Below are positions 49,393 to 58,801 of a stretch of 64,000 nucleotides of DNA, piece by piece. Numbering within the stretch: position 1 is the stretch's first letter; each line of letters opens with the position of its first letter. The stretch covers positions 96,001 to 160,000 of the forward strand of contig OY759974.1 of assembly GCA_963662945.1 (NCBI GenBank). The letters run 5' to 3'. Made by a program: the position numbers and the translations under genes. The notes beneath the pieces were generated by a model, which was not told the DNA's origin, searched no databases, and worked only from the letters and a program-made list of their open reading frames with translations. Source of the DNA: Arcobacteraceae bacterium (GTDB taxonomy: Bacteria; Campylobacterota; Campylobacteria; Campylobacterales; Arcobacteraceae).

Positions 49393-50559
49393 ATGAATTT
49401 AAACGATTTTGAAAGAACAGACTACACAGGATTATATAAATCAAAAGTATCACACCCTACTTTTGGTAAAAAATATATCGCAAGATTTCAGTTAAATAAA
49501 AAACGATATATGAAAGTACTTGGATATGATAAAGCAGATAATTTAACTGACTTAAAAGCATTTGGTTTATTAGAAGAATACAAAAAGACTCTTATGCCAA
49601 CAAAAAGTTCTAAAACAACTCCTAAAACATCTCAAAAAGTAGTTAATACTGTTCCTACAACTTCAAATTCAAATGCAACATCTCCTTCTGAAACTGAGAA
49701 GAAAAAAATCAAAAGTCTTGAAGAAGAAAATGCTCTTTTAAAAAGTATTTTGGGTGATTATAAATCAGTTGATTTAGTAACTCTTCAAGAAGGGATTCAA
49801 AAAGTATATGATAATGCCGCAATGCAGCAATATCAAATTGAACTTATCAAAATGCAAAAATACCTTGAAAAATCTGGTAAAAAAATGATTATACTTTTTG
49901 AAGGAAGAGATGCTAGTGGAAAAGGTGGAGCAATTCGTCGAATGACTAGATTTATGAACTCAAGACATTACAGAGTTGTTGCACTTGGTAAACCAACTGA
50001 AACACAAAAAGGGCAATGGTTTTTTCAAAAATATATTGAACACTTTCCAACTGGTGGAGAGGTAGTATTATTTGATAGAAGCTGGTACAACCGTGCTATG
50101 GTTGAGCCTGTTTTTGGTTTTTGTACAGAACATCAATATGAAATTTTTATGGAAGATGTTGTAAATTTTGAACACGACTTAGTAAGACAAGATATTATTC
50201 TTGTAAAACTATACTTTAGTGTATCAAAAGCAGAACAATTAGCAAGATTTGAAAGTAGAAGAACAAATCCATTAAAACAATGGAAACTGAGTGAAGTTGA
50301 TCTTCAAGCACAAGACTTGTGGGATGAATTTAGTGAAAAGAAATATGAGATGTTAAAACGAACTCATTCTAGAAGTGCTCCTTGGAATATCGTAAGAAGT
50401 GATGACAAACATCTGGCAAGAATAGAAGCTATGAAAATTGTTCTAAATAGTGTAGATTATGATGATAGAAACTATTCTCTCAATTTTGAACCAACTGAAG
50501 AGATAAATATATCTGTACAAAAAGAACTTTCACGAATGAGAAAGAAAAGAGACTACTAA
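49393..50559 (+). CDS. ppk2: Polyphosphate kinase 2 with an extra N-terminal domain
   Basis: FEGRDASGKGG, FDRSWYNR, LKQWKLSEVD, preceded by an extension of about 140 aa (basic domain, S/T/P linker, short coil). Confidence 0.93.
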   Translation: MNLNDFERTDYTGLYKSKVSHPTFGKKYIARFQLNKKRYMKVLGYDKADNLTDLKAFGLLEEYKKTLMPTKSSKTTPKTSQKVVNTVPTTSNSNATSPSETEKKKIKSLEEENALLKSILGDYKSVDLVTLQEGIQKVYDNAAMQQYQIELIKMQKYLEKSGKKMIILFEGRDASGKGGAIRRMTRFMNSRHYRVVALGKPTETQKGQWFFQKYIEHFPTGGEVVLFDRSWYNRAMVEPVFGFCTEHQYEIFMEDVVNFEHDLVRQDIILVKLYFSVSKAEQLARFESRRTNPLKQWKLSEVDLQAQDLWDEFSEKKYEMLKRTHSRSAPWNIVRSDDKHLARIEAMKIVLNSVDYDDRNYSLNFEPTEEINISVQKELSRMRKKRDY

Positions 50560-50576
50560 ACTTTTTATCTTTAAAT

Positions 50577-50608
50577 AACTATACTAAAAATTTTACTTTA
50601 GTATAGTT
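50577..50608 (+). terminator. Intrinsic terminator after the ppk2 pair
   Basis: AACTATACTAAA-N8-TTTAGTATAGTT followed by TT. Confidence 0.7.
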
Positions 50609-50699
50609 TTATCTTATAATTTAAATTACAAATCAACTACAAAGTGACTTTTTGCTATAATGTATTATGAATTAATAGCTCAAGGAATAAATAAGCTTA

Positions 50700-52655
50700 A
50701 TGGCACTAATAGACTTACAAAAAATAAATAAACAATACGATATAAAAGTTATACTTAAAGATGTAAACTTTACTTTACTCGAAAATCAAAGAGTGGCGAT
50801 CATTGGTCAAAATGGTCAGGGTAAATCTACATTTATGAAAATCATTACAGGTCAAATAGAAGCTGATAGTGGTGAGATTGCTATTGATAAATCTTTAAAA
50901 ATAGAAATGCTAGATCAACAACCAAAATTTAAATCAGGGCAAACTGTTCGTGATGCTATTGAAGAACAACTTGTAGAGATAAAAGCAGCACAACGAAGAT
51001 ATGATGAAGTTTCAGCTTTAATAGTAGAGGATTTCGAAAATCAAGAATTATTAGATGAACAAGCAAAACTTACAACTTATTTAGACCATCATAATGCATG
51101 GGATTTAGATAATAAAATACAAAGAATCCTTCAAGAATTTTCACTTAAAGATTACGAATTTAAAGATGTAACACTTTTAAGTGGAGGTGAACAACGTCGT
51201 GTGGGACTTGCAGGGTTGATTTTAAAAAAACCGGACGTATTACTTCTTGATGAGCCTACGAACCACCTTGATGTCTATATGGTAGAGTTCTTAGAATCTA
51301 TTCTTTTAAAAGAGAATTTTACTTTACTATTTATTTCTCATGATAGATATTTTTTAGATAATGTTGCAACAAATATTATTGAAATTGAAGATGGTACTTT
51401 AACTAAATATAGAGGTGGATATAAAGACTATCTTATGCAAAAAGAACAAATGCTTATCAATATGCAAAAAGAACATGATAATTTAGTAAGAAAATTACGA
51501 GATGAAGCACATTGGATGCAACATGGTGTAACCGCAAGAAGAAAAAGAAATGAGTTGAGAAAAGATAACTATTTTAAACTCAAAGAGCAAGTTAAATCAA
51601 ATCCAGCAAAAATCAACAAAATGAAATTAGATTTAGAAAGAGAACAAAAGTCATTTAATAATGGAGAAACTCAAAATAAGAAGAAAATGCTTTTTGAACT
51701 AGATAATGTATATCTAACACTTGGAAACAAACCTCTTATTAAAAACTTCACAACAAGAATTCTTCAAAAAGACACGATAGCAATTGTTGGCCCAAATGGA
51801 AGTGGAAAATCAAGTATCTTAAAAGTATTTCTTGAAAGAATCAAAATAGATAAAGGAACATTTAAAAAAGGTGATTTTAAAGTTGGATATTTTGATCAAC
51901 ATAGAGAGATGATTGATGAAACAAAAACAATTATGCATCTATTTTGTCCAAATGGTGGAGATAGAGTTGAACTAAATGATGGAAGAAATATGCATGTATT
52001 TGGGTATCTTAAAAACTTTTTATTTCCAAAAGAATATCTTGATAAAACAGTGGGAGTTTTAAGTGGTGGAGAGAAAAATAGACTGGCCCTTGCCCTACTT
52101 TTCACTCGAAAATTTGATGTATTAATTATGGATGAACCTACAAATGATTTAGATATACCTACTATTAACATACTAGAACAATATCTAGCATCATTTCAAG
52201 GTGCATTAATATTTGTAAGTCATGATAGATATTTTGTAGACAAAATTGCAAAAAAACTTTTTATATTTAAAGGGAATGGTATTTTAGAAGAAAGCTATCA
52301 AAAATACAGTGAATATCTTGAAGATGAAAAAGATGAAAAATATGTGGAGGAGATGGAAAAACAAAATCTTCAAATAGTTTCAAAAGAACTAGAGAAACAA
52401 AAAGAAGAAGAGAAACCAAAACAAAAAACAAAACTTACATATAATGATAAAAGAGATTATGAACTTCTCCCAGCACAAATTGAAGAGTTAGAACAAAAAA
52501 TAGATGAAATCAATAATTGTATGATGAATCCTAGTTGTTATGAACAAAAAGGACTTGTTGCATTAAGTTCTGAACTTGATGAAATTAATAAAATATATGA
52601 ACAAAAAGTGGAAAGATATCTAGAACTTGAAGAGTTAGTGGAGAGTTTTAATTAA
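50700..52655 (+). CDS. uup: ABC-F family ATPase, Uup-like
   Basis: Two ABC cassettes (GQNGQGKST, GPNGSGKSS, LSGGE, DEPTN), GVTARRKRN linker, C-terminal coiled coil, no TM segments. Confidence 0.85.
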   Translation: MALIDLQKINKQYDIKVILKDVNFTLLENQRVAIIGQNGQGKSTFMKIITGQIEADSGEIAIDKSLKIEMLDQQPKFKSGQTVRDAIEEQLVEIKAAQRRYDEVSALIVEDFENQELLDEQAKLTTYLDHHNAWDLDNKIQRILQEFSLKDYEFKDVTLLSGGEQRRVGLAGLILKKPDVLLLDEPTNHLDVYMVEFLESILLKENFTLLFISHDRYFLDNVATNIIEIEDGTLTKYRGGYKDYLMQKEQMLINMQKEHDNLVRKLRDEAHWMQHGVTARRKRNELRKDNYFKLKEQVKSNPAKINKMKLDLEREQKSFNNGETQNKKKMLFELDNVYLTLGNKPLIKNFTTRILQKDTIAIVGPNGSGKSSILKVFLERIKIDKGTFKKGDFKVGYFDQHREMIDETKTIMHLFCPNGGDRVELNDGRNMHVFGYLKNFLFPKEYLDKTVGVLSGGEKNRLALALLFTRKFDVLIMDEPTNDLDIPTINILEQYLASFQGALIFVSHDRYFVDKIAKKLFIFKGNGILEESYQKYSEYLEDEKDEKYVEEMEKQNLQIVSKELEKQKEEEKPKQKTKLTYNDKRDYELLPAQIEELEQKIDEINNCMMNPSCYEQKGLVALSSELDEINKIYEQKVERYLELEELVESFN

Positions 52656-52701
52656 AGCTTTTTTAGATAAAATTCATTTTTAATAAGAGAAGGATTATTC
52701 A

Positions 52702-53991
52702 TTGGTAAACAATAAATTTAATTATACCGATATTAGCGATGATTGTATTAAGTGTGGTAAATGTAAAACTGTATGTACAATTTTCAATGTAAATCAAGAT
52801 GAAACAACCTCTCCAAGAGGTTTTATAGACCTTCTTGGAGCTTATAAACGAGACGAGTTAGAACTAGATAGAACAGCAAAAGATATTTTTGAAAGTTGTT
52901 TTTTATGTACTAACTGTGTTGAAGCCTGTCCAAATGATTTACCAACAGATATGATAATAGAACAAGTTAGAAGTGATATTGCAAAAAAATATGGTATTGC
53001 GTGGTATAAAAGAGCTTTTTTCTTTTTATTAAGACATCGAAAAATTATGGATTTTATGGCAAAAATGGGATGGGTATTTCAAACTTGTGGTCTTAAAATC
53101 AATGCACAAAATCAAAGTGCTAAATTACGATTAAATTTACCTATTGAGATGATTAAAGATAGAAGTTTACCATTTGCAGATAAAAAATCATTTCTAAACG
53201 CAAATCCAGAAAATATAATTAATCATAATGAAGAAACGAAAGAACTCAAAAAAGTAGCTGTATTCATTGGATGTATGGGGAATTATGCCTACACAAACAT
53301 TGGGAAAAGCTTACTAAAAATTTTAGAAAAACTAGAAATAGATGCCTTTATACCTAAAAAACAACTTTGTTGTGGAGCACCTGCTTATTTTACTGGTGAT
53401 TTTGATACTGTTGATTATCTTATAAAGAAAAATATAGAATATTTTGAAACATTTATTGATGATGTTGATGCTATTATTATCCCAGAAGCAACCTGTAGTG
53501 CTATGATTAACACAGATTGGGTACATTTTCTGCATGATCAACCTGATTGGAAACAAAGAGCAGCTAAATTAGCACCTAAAGTAATTATGGCAACTAAATG
53601 GCTAGAAAATAATACAAAACTTGTAGAATTACTGAAAACTACAGGAAAAACTATGTCAGAAATAGTGACTTATCATGATCCTTGTCATGCTAAAAAGATG
53701 CAAGGTGTATTTAAAGAACCTAGAAATTTAATAGAACAAAACTATAAAATTGATGAAATGAGTGATCCAAATGAATGTTGTGGTTTTGGTGGTGTTACCA
53801 TGCAAAGTGAAAAATACCATATTGCAAAAGCAGTTGGTGTTAAAAAAGCAGCAATGATAAATAAAACAAAAGCAACTGTAGTAAGTGCTGAATGTAGCGC
53901 TTGTCGAATGCAAATTACAGATTCTCTTGGAAGAACAGATACTAATGTTGTTTTTAAAAATCCAATTGAACTTATTGCGGATGCTTTATAG
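52702..53991 (+). CDS. Fe-S oxidoreductase (GlcF-like; two 4Fe-4S sites plus two CCG domains)
   Basis: CIKCGKCKTVC, CFLCTNCVEACP, CCGAP, YHDPCH, CCGFGG, CSAC. Confidence 0.88.
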   Translation: MVNNKFNYTDISDDCIKCGKCKTVCTIFNVNQDETTSPRGFIDLLGAYKRDELELDRTAKDIFESCFLCTNCVEACPNDLPTDMIIEQVRSDIAKKYGIAWYKRAFFFLLRHRKIMDFMAKMGWVFQTCGLKINAQNQSAKLRLNLPIEMIKDRSLPFADKKSFLNANPENIINHNEETKELKKVAVFIGCMGNYAYTNIGKSLLKILEKLEIDAFIPKKQLCCGAPAYFTGDFDTVDYLIKKNIEYFETFIDDVDAIIIPEATCSAMINTDWVHFLHDQPDWKQRAAKLAPKVIMATKWLENNTKLVELLKTTGKTMSEIVTYHDPCHAKKMQGVFKEPRNLIEQNYKIDEMSDPNECCGFGGVTMQSEKYHIAKAVGVKKAAMINKTKATVVSAECSACRMQITDSLGRTDTNVVFKNPIELIADAL

Positions 53992-53993
53992 CA

Positions 53994-54821
53994 ATGGAAT
54001 ATTGGAACCATATTTACAGTAACTTTAATCCTGTAGCTTTTAGTCTATTTGATATAAATGTACACTGGTATGGAATTATGTATGCTTTAGCTTTATTAAC
54101 AGCTATATATGCAGCACATTGGCTAATAAAAAAAGACAATTTAGATATTTCAAGGGATAAATTGGACAGCTATATTTGGTGGGTTGAACTTGGTGTTATT
54201 CTTGGGGCTAGAATTGGTTATATTATTTTTTATGATCCAAATACCATCTATTATTTAACTCATCCTTGGCAGATATTTAATCCCTTTGGTGCAGATGGGA
54301 ATTTTGTAGGAATTTCTGGTATGAGTTATCATGGTGCTGTAATTGGATTTATTATCGCTTCTTATTTATTTTGTAAAAAAAATAAAATATCCTTTTTATT
54401 CATAACAGATATTGCTGTTATCGCAATATCTTTTGGTTATATGTTTGGAAGAATTGGAAACTTTTTAAATAAAGAACTCGTAGGACGAGTAACTGATGTA
54501 CCTTGGGGAATATATGTAGATGGGATTTTAAGACATCCTTCTGCACTTTATGAAGCATTTTTAGAAGGATTTTTAATCTTTATAATATTATTTATACTAA
54601 GAACAAAAAAACAATTTAATGGACAAATTGCTGTACTTTATCTTATTCTCTATTCTTTAATGAGAATTATCTCTGAACTCTTTAGACAGCCTGATATACA
54701 GTTAGGATTTTTATGGGGAACCCACTGGCTTACAATGGGAATGTTAATTTCATTTAGTTTTTCTATTCTTTGTAGTATTTTTTATTATTTTTTATTACAA
54801 AAGAATAAAGCTACTATCTAA
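53994..54821 (+). CDS. lgt: Prolipoprotein diacylglyceryl transferase
   Basis: HWYGIMY, GARIGY, GMSYHG, GRIGNFLNKELVGR, RHPSALYE. Confidence 0.96.
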   Translation: MEYWNHIYSNFNPVAFSLFDINVHWYGIMYALALLTAIYAAHWLIKKDNLDISRDKLDSYIWWVELGVILGARIGYIIFYDPNTIYYLTHPWQIFNPFGADGNFVGISGMSYHGAVIGFIIASYLFCKKNKISFLFITDIAVIAISFGYMFGRIGNFLNKELVGRVTDVPWGIYVDGILRHPSALYEAFLEGFLIFIILFILRTKKQFNGQIAVLYLILYSLMRIISELFRQPDIQLGFLWGTHWLTMGMLISFSFSILCSIFYYFLLQKNKATI

Positions 54822-55083
54822 GATCAGGGTCATTTGTATACCCCATTCTTATAGCTTCATCTTCAATTTTATTTTTTAAAAGATCAAGTCTCCAATTATG
54901 TCTTGAAGCAAACTCTTCAATCTCTCTTTCTCTTTCTTCTTTACTGCAAAATACATAAATTCTTTTTAAAAATAATTTAGGTATCTGTATAGCTATAAGT
55001 TGAAAATAATTTTCCTTACAACTTCGTGAGCAAAATGCTTTACTCATAGCTATCTTTTTTTTGCAAAAAGGGCAATGTGACAT
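54814..55083 (-). CDS. Small Zn-ribbon protein (DUF2116-like)
   Basis: HCPFC...FCSRSC; AAGGA RBS; overlaps the lgt 3' end by 8 nt. Confidence 0.75.
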   Translation of the reverse strand: MSHCPFCKKKIAMSKAFCSRSCKENYFQLIAIQIPKLFLKRIYVFCSKEEREREIEEFASRHNWRLDLLKNKIEDEAIRMGYTNDPDLR

Positions 55084-55097
55084 ATCTTTTATTCCTT

Positions 55098-55292
55098 CTA
55101 CTTTTTCACTGGTACTAATTTGTAATACTCTGCATTTGTTACATCTTGCATATATTTTGGGTCTGTTTCATGTAGAGCTATTATTTGTATCTCTTGTTCA
55201 TACAGCAACCAACCTCTAGTTTCGTGATCTTCTAAAACACCTAAAGAAAACATTTCTACTAATTCATCTTTAGATACTATTTGTTCTTCCAT
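55098..55292 (-). CDS. Small acidic hypothetical protein (64 aa)
   Basis: Operon-like spacing, GGA RBS, normal amino-acid composition. Confidence 0.7.
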   Translation of the reverse strand: MEEQIVSKDELVEMFSLGVLEDHETRGWLLYEQEIQIIALHETDPKYMQDVTNAEYYKLVPVKK

Positions 55293-55313
55293 TATATTTT
55301 TTCCAATTACTGT

Positions 55314-55982
55314 TTATTTTAGTGTATCTATTTGATACCCATTTGATGAGATATTTTTAATAATACCGTAATAAGTTTTATTTCTAATTTTATTAATAAT
55401 ATTCCTCATCGTAAAAATACTCATTTTTTTATCTTTCCAAACTTTTTCTTTGATTTCATCATAACTTGTTACTCTTGCATGATTCTGTAATAATAACTTT
55501 AATACTTGAAATTCAAATTTTGTAAAAGATATTTCACCTGATTTATCATAAAATCTTTCTCTATAAGAATCATAGTAAACACCTTGGTCTAAAGTTATTT
55601 TATCTACTCTTTTAGTTTGATTTAATGCCATAATAACTGAAAGCTTTAAATCAACAAAATCACAACTTGGAGAAAGTATTGAATACGCACCTGCATTTAT
55701 ACATTTAATAATGTTATTTTCAGACTGCTCTTCCAATATTACTATTTTAGGTAATGAAGGCTTTGATATTTTAGATTCATTCATAATTTCTAGTGAGGTT
55801 TCAAAATTAAAATCTACCAACAAAACATCATACAAAATATCTGAAAAATCTTCATGTATACTTTCTACAAATATTAAGTTCTTAACTTCACTTAAATTAG
55901 AATTGATATCTGATTTTAATTTAGCATTATTAGTAATACATAGGATATTCATATTACTTAATTTACGCAATTTTTTTATCAT
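55314..55982 (-). CDS. OmpR/PhoB-family regulator with a degenerate receiver domain
   Basis: C-terminal winged helix (FTKFEFQVLKLL, VW, MRNIINKIRNK, GYQI); the receiver lacks the acidic pocket and the KP motif. Confidence 0.85.
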   Translation of the reverse strand: MIKKLRKLSNMNILCITNNAKLKSDINSNLSEVKNLIFVESIHEDFSDILYDVLLVDFNFETSLEIMNESKISKPSLPKIVILEEQSENNIIKCINAGAYSILSPSCDFVDLKLSVIMALNQTKRVDKITLDQGVYYDSYRERFYDKSGEISFTKFEFQVLKLLLQNHARVTSYDEIKEKVWKDKKMSIFTMRNIINKIRNKTYYGIIKNISSNGYQIDTLK

Positions 55983-56059
55983 ATTATCCTCACTAAAGTT
56001 ATTTTTTCGTTATTATATCAAAAAAAATTATTTTTGTCAAAGGGGCATAAATTAGATAA

Positions 56060-58786
56060 TTATTTTAACTCTGCCCAATTATTTCCTATAGAAACACTCA
56101 CTTTTAAAGGCACCTCTAAATCATAAATATTTTCCATTATATAAGTTATTTTATCATTTATAATATCTAACTTATCCTCTTTTACCTCAAATATAAGTTC
56201 ATCATGGATTTGTAATAACATTCTTAAATCTTCACTATTTTTATATTTCATATCAATTTTTATCATTGCTAATTTTATTAAATCAGCTGCACTTCCTTGA
56301 AAAACAGTATTAACAGACTCTCTTTCATAAGTAGCTTTCATCATCCCGTTTGCATTTTCAAAGTCAAATCTTCTTTTTCTTCCAAGTAATGTTTTTACAT
56401 AACCATTTTCCATAGCACTATCTTGAATAGTTTGTAAAAAATCTTTCACTGTAGAAAAATTTTCGAAATAACTATCTATATAAACTTTTGCTTCTTTTGC
56501 TGGAATACCTAGTTGTTCCCCTAGTTTTCTGCTTCCCATTCCATATAAAAGTCCAAAGTTAATTGACTTAGCTATATTTCTTTTTTGTGTAGCTTCTTCT
56601 TCACCAAAGATTTTTATAGCTGTTTGTAAATGAATATCCAAATCATTATTAAATGCCTCAAGAAGTGCCGGATCTTTTGAATAATGAGCTAATAATCGTA
56701 ACTCGATTTGTGAATAATCTATCCCTACAAGTTTATAACCATCTCTTGCAATAAATCCTTGCCTTATCTGTCTTCCAGCTTCTGTTCGTACAGGAATATT
56801 CTGTAAATTTGGATTTTTTGAACTCAATCTTCCAGTTGCTGTTCCTGTTTGTAAAAAAGATGTATAGATAATATTATCTTTGTTTTTACGCCCAAGTTCT
56901 AAAAGTGGTTCAATATAAGTAGAATGAAGTTTAAACGCTTCTCTATATTCTAAAAGTTTTGGGATAACTTCATGTTCATCTACAAGTTTTACTAATACTG
57001 CTTCATTAGTACTATATCCAGTAGCAGTTTTTTTAGGTGGAGTTAGTTTTAAAATTTCAAAAAGAACTATACTTAACTGTTTTGGAGAATTAATATTAAA
57101 TGTTTCTCCACTAAGAGCATATATCTCATTTGTAAGATTATTTAAATTCTCTTTACTTTTTTCTTGTAAATCTTTAAAAAACTCTACATCAACTTTAATA
57201 CCAATATTTTCCATATTATTTAATACACTAATAAATGGAAACTCTATTGTTTTTCCTATCTTATAAAGATACTCTTCATCATTTTGCTTAAAAATTTCTA
57301 ATAATTTATCATAAAGTTTTAATGTGATAAAAGCATCTTCTGCAGCATATTTACAAGCCTCTTCTATATTGACATTTGAAAAGTTTTCACCTTTTTTTAC
57401 CACATCTTTATAAGCTATTGTTTGATAATTATTTAAAAGTCTACTTGCTAATTTATCCATTCCAACAGGTTTATCACTATCAAGTAACCAAGCCATTATC
57501 ATAGTATCTGCTTCAAGTTTTAATTCTATATCAAAATTATTTTTTACAACTTGTTTATCGTACTTATAATTCTGTAAAATCAATTTATGATTATTTAACA
57601 TCTCTATAGCTTTTTTAGCATCATCAAGTGAAACTTGTTCTTCAACTCCTAAGTAAAAATGTCCGATAGGTACATAATATGCTTTTGTAGACTCATAACA
57701 AAAAGAAAAGCCTACGATATGTGCTTCATTTGTATCCAAAGCAGTTGTTTCAGTATCAAAGGCAACAAAAAAGTTATCAGGGATACTTTTAATTACTTCA
57801 AACATTTTAGAACTATCATTTAGTAAAATATACTGACAATCTAAAACTTCTTTTGGTTGTTCTACTACAATTGACTCATAGCCATCAGGAATGCTTGTTT
57901 TATAATTTAATCCATCTTTATGTACTTTATCAATAATTCTATGCATATCATAGTCTATAAGTGTGTTTGCTATTTTTAAAATTGGGTTTTCTTTTGGTAA
58001 TTCAATTTTTTCTAAATCTCCAAAACTATTTAAACAATGTGCATCATGATGTAATGTAACAAGTTGCTTACTAATATATGCCATCTCTTTACTTTCACTT
58101 AATAGCTTTTGCCATCTTGGTTTTTCTATATTGTCTAAATTAGCATAAATATTATCTAAGTCATTGTATTGCTGAATTAAAGCTTCAGCAGTTTTTGCAC
58201 CTATACCTTTTACTCCAGGTACATTATCAGCACTATCTCCCAAAAGCGACTGATAATCTATAAACTGTTTTGGATAAACACCATATTTTTTAAAACAATC
58301 TTCATCACTAATTATTTTCTTTTTCATAGGATCAAACATAAAAATACCATCACCTATAAGTTGATATAAATCTTTATCATGACTTACAATTCTTACATTT
58401 AAACCTAAATCTCTTCCATCAGTTGCAAGAGAAGCTATAATGTCATCTGCTTCATAACCAACTTTAGAAGCTGTAATAAAGCCCATTTTTTCTATAAAAT
58501 CAATAGCTACTGGTAACTGTGCTTTTAAATCTTCTGGCGCATCAGGACGATGTGATTTATATTCTTCATAAATATCTTTTCTAAAAGTATCTCCTTTACT
58601 ATCCAATGCAAAGATAAGATAATCAGTTTGAAAATCTTTCCCAATACCAGCTACAAAATTCATAAATCCAGTGAGCATACCTGTAGGGAAACCTGTTTTT
58701 GATTTTAATGGTGGAAGTGCAAAATAGCTTCTAAAAAGAAATCCAAACGTATCTATAATAGTTAATGTTTTTTTATTTTTATCCAT
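56060..58786 (-). CDS. polA: DNA polymerase I
   Basis: 5'-3' exonuclease (EADD, GDSADNVPGVKGIG), 3'-5' exonuclease (FDTET), polymerase motifs DYSQIELR, KSINFGLLYG, LQIHDE. Confidence 0.98.
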   Translation of the reverse strand: MDKNKKTLTIIDTFGFLFRSYFALPPLKSKTGFPTGMLTGFMNFVAGIGKDFQTDYLIFALDSKGDTFRKDIYEEYKSHRPDAPEDLKAQLPVAIDFIEKMGFITASKVGYEADDIIASLATDGRDLGLNVRIVSHDKDLYQLIGDGIFMFDPMKKKIISDEDCFKKYGVYPKQFIDYQSLLGDSADNVPGVKGIGAKTAEALIQQYNDLDNIYANLDNIEKPRWQKLLSESKEMAYISKQLVTLHHDAHCLNSFGDLEKIELPKENPILKIANTLIDYDMHRIIDKVHKDGLNYKTSIPDGYESIVVEQPKEVLDCQYILLNDSSKMFEVIKSIPDNFFVAFDTETTALDTNEAHIVGFSFCYESTKAYYVPIGHFYLGVEEQVSLDDAKKAIEMLNNHKLILQNYKYDKQVVKNNFDIELKLEADTMIMAWLLDSDKPVGMDKLASRLLNNYQTIAYKDVVKKGENFSNVNIEEACKYAAEDAFITLKLYDKLLEIFKQNDEEYLYKIGKTIEFPFISVLNNMENIGIKVDVEFFKDLQEKSKENLNNLTNEIYALSGETFNINSPKQLSIVLFEILKLTPPKKTATGYSTNEAVLVKLVDEHEVIPKLLEYREAFKLHSTYIEPLLELGRKNKDNIIYTSFLQTGTATGRLSSKNPNLQNIPVRTEAGRQIRQGFIARDGYKLVGIDYSQIELRLLAHYSKDPALLEAFNNDLDIHLQTAIKIFGEEEATQKRNIAKSINFGLLYGMGSRKLGEQLGIPAKEAKVYIDSYFENFSTVKDFLQTIQDSAMENGYVKTLLGRKRRFDFENANGMMKATYERESVNTVFQGSAADLIKLAMIKIDMKYKNSEDLRMLLQIHDELIFEVKEDKLDIINDKITYIMENIYDLEVPLKVSVSIGNNWAELK

Positions 58787-58801
58787 ATTATTCTCTCTTT
58801 A

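Noticed and set aside
49393-49593. Integrase-like N-terminus as evidence of a prophage or integrative element remnant
   Set aside because: No recombinase catalytic domain, att-like repeats, tRNA or phage genes nearby; the domain is in frame with an intact ppk2.
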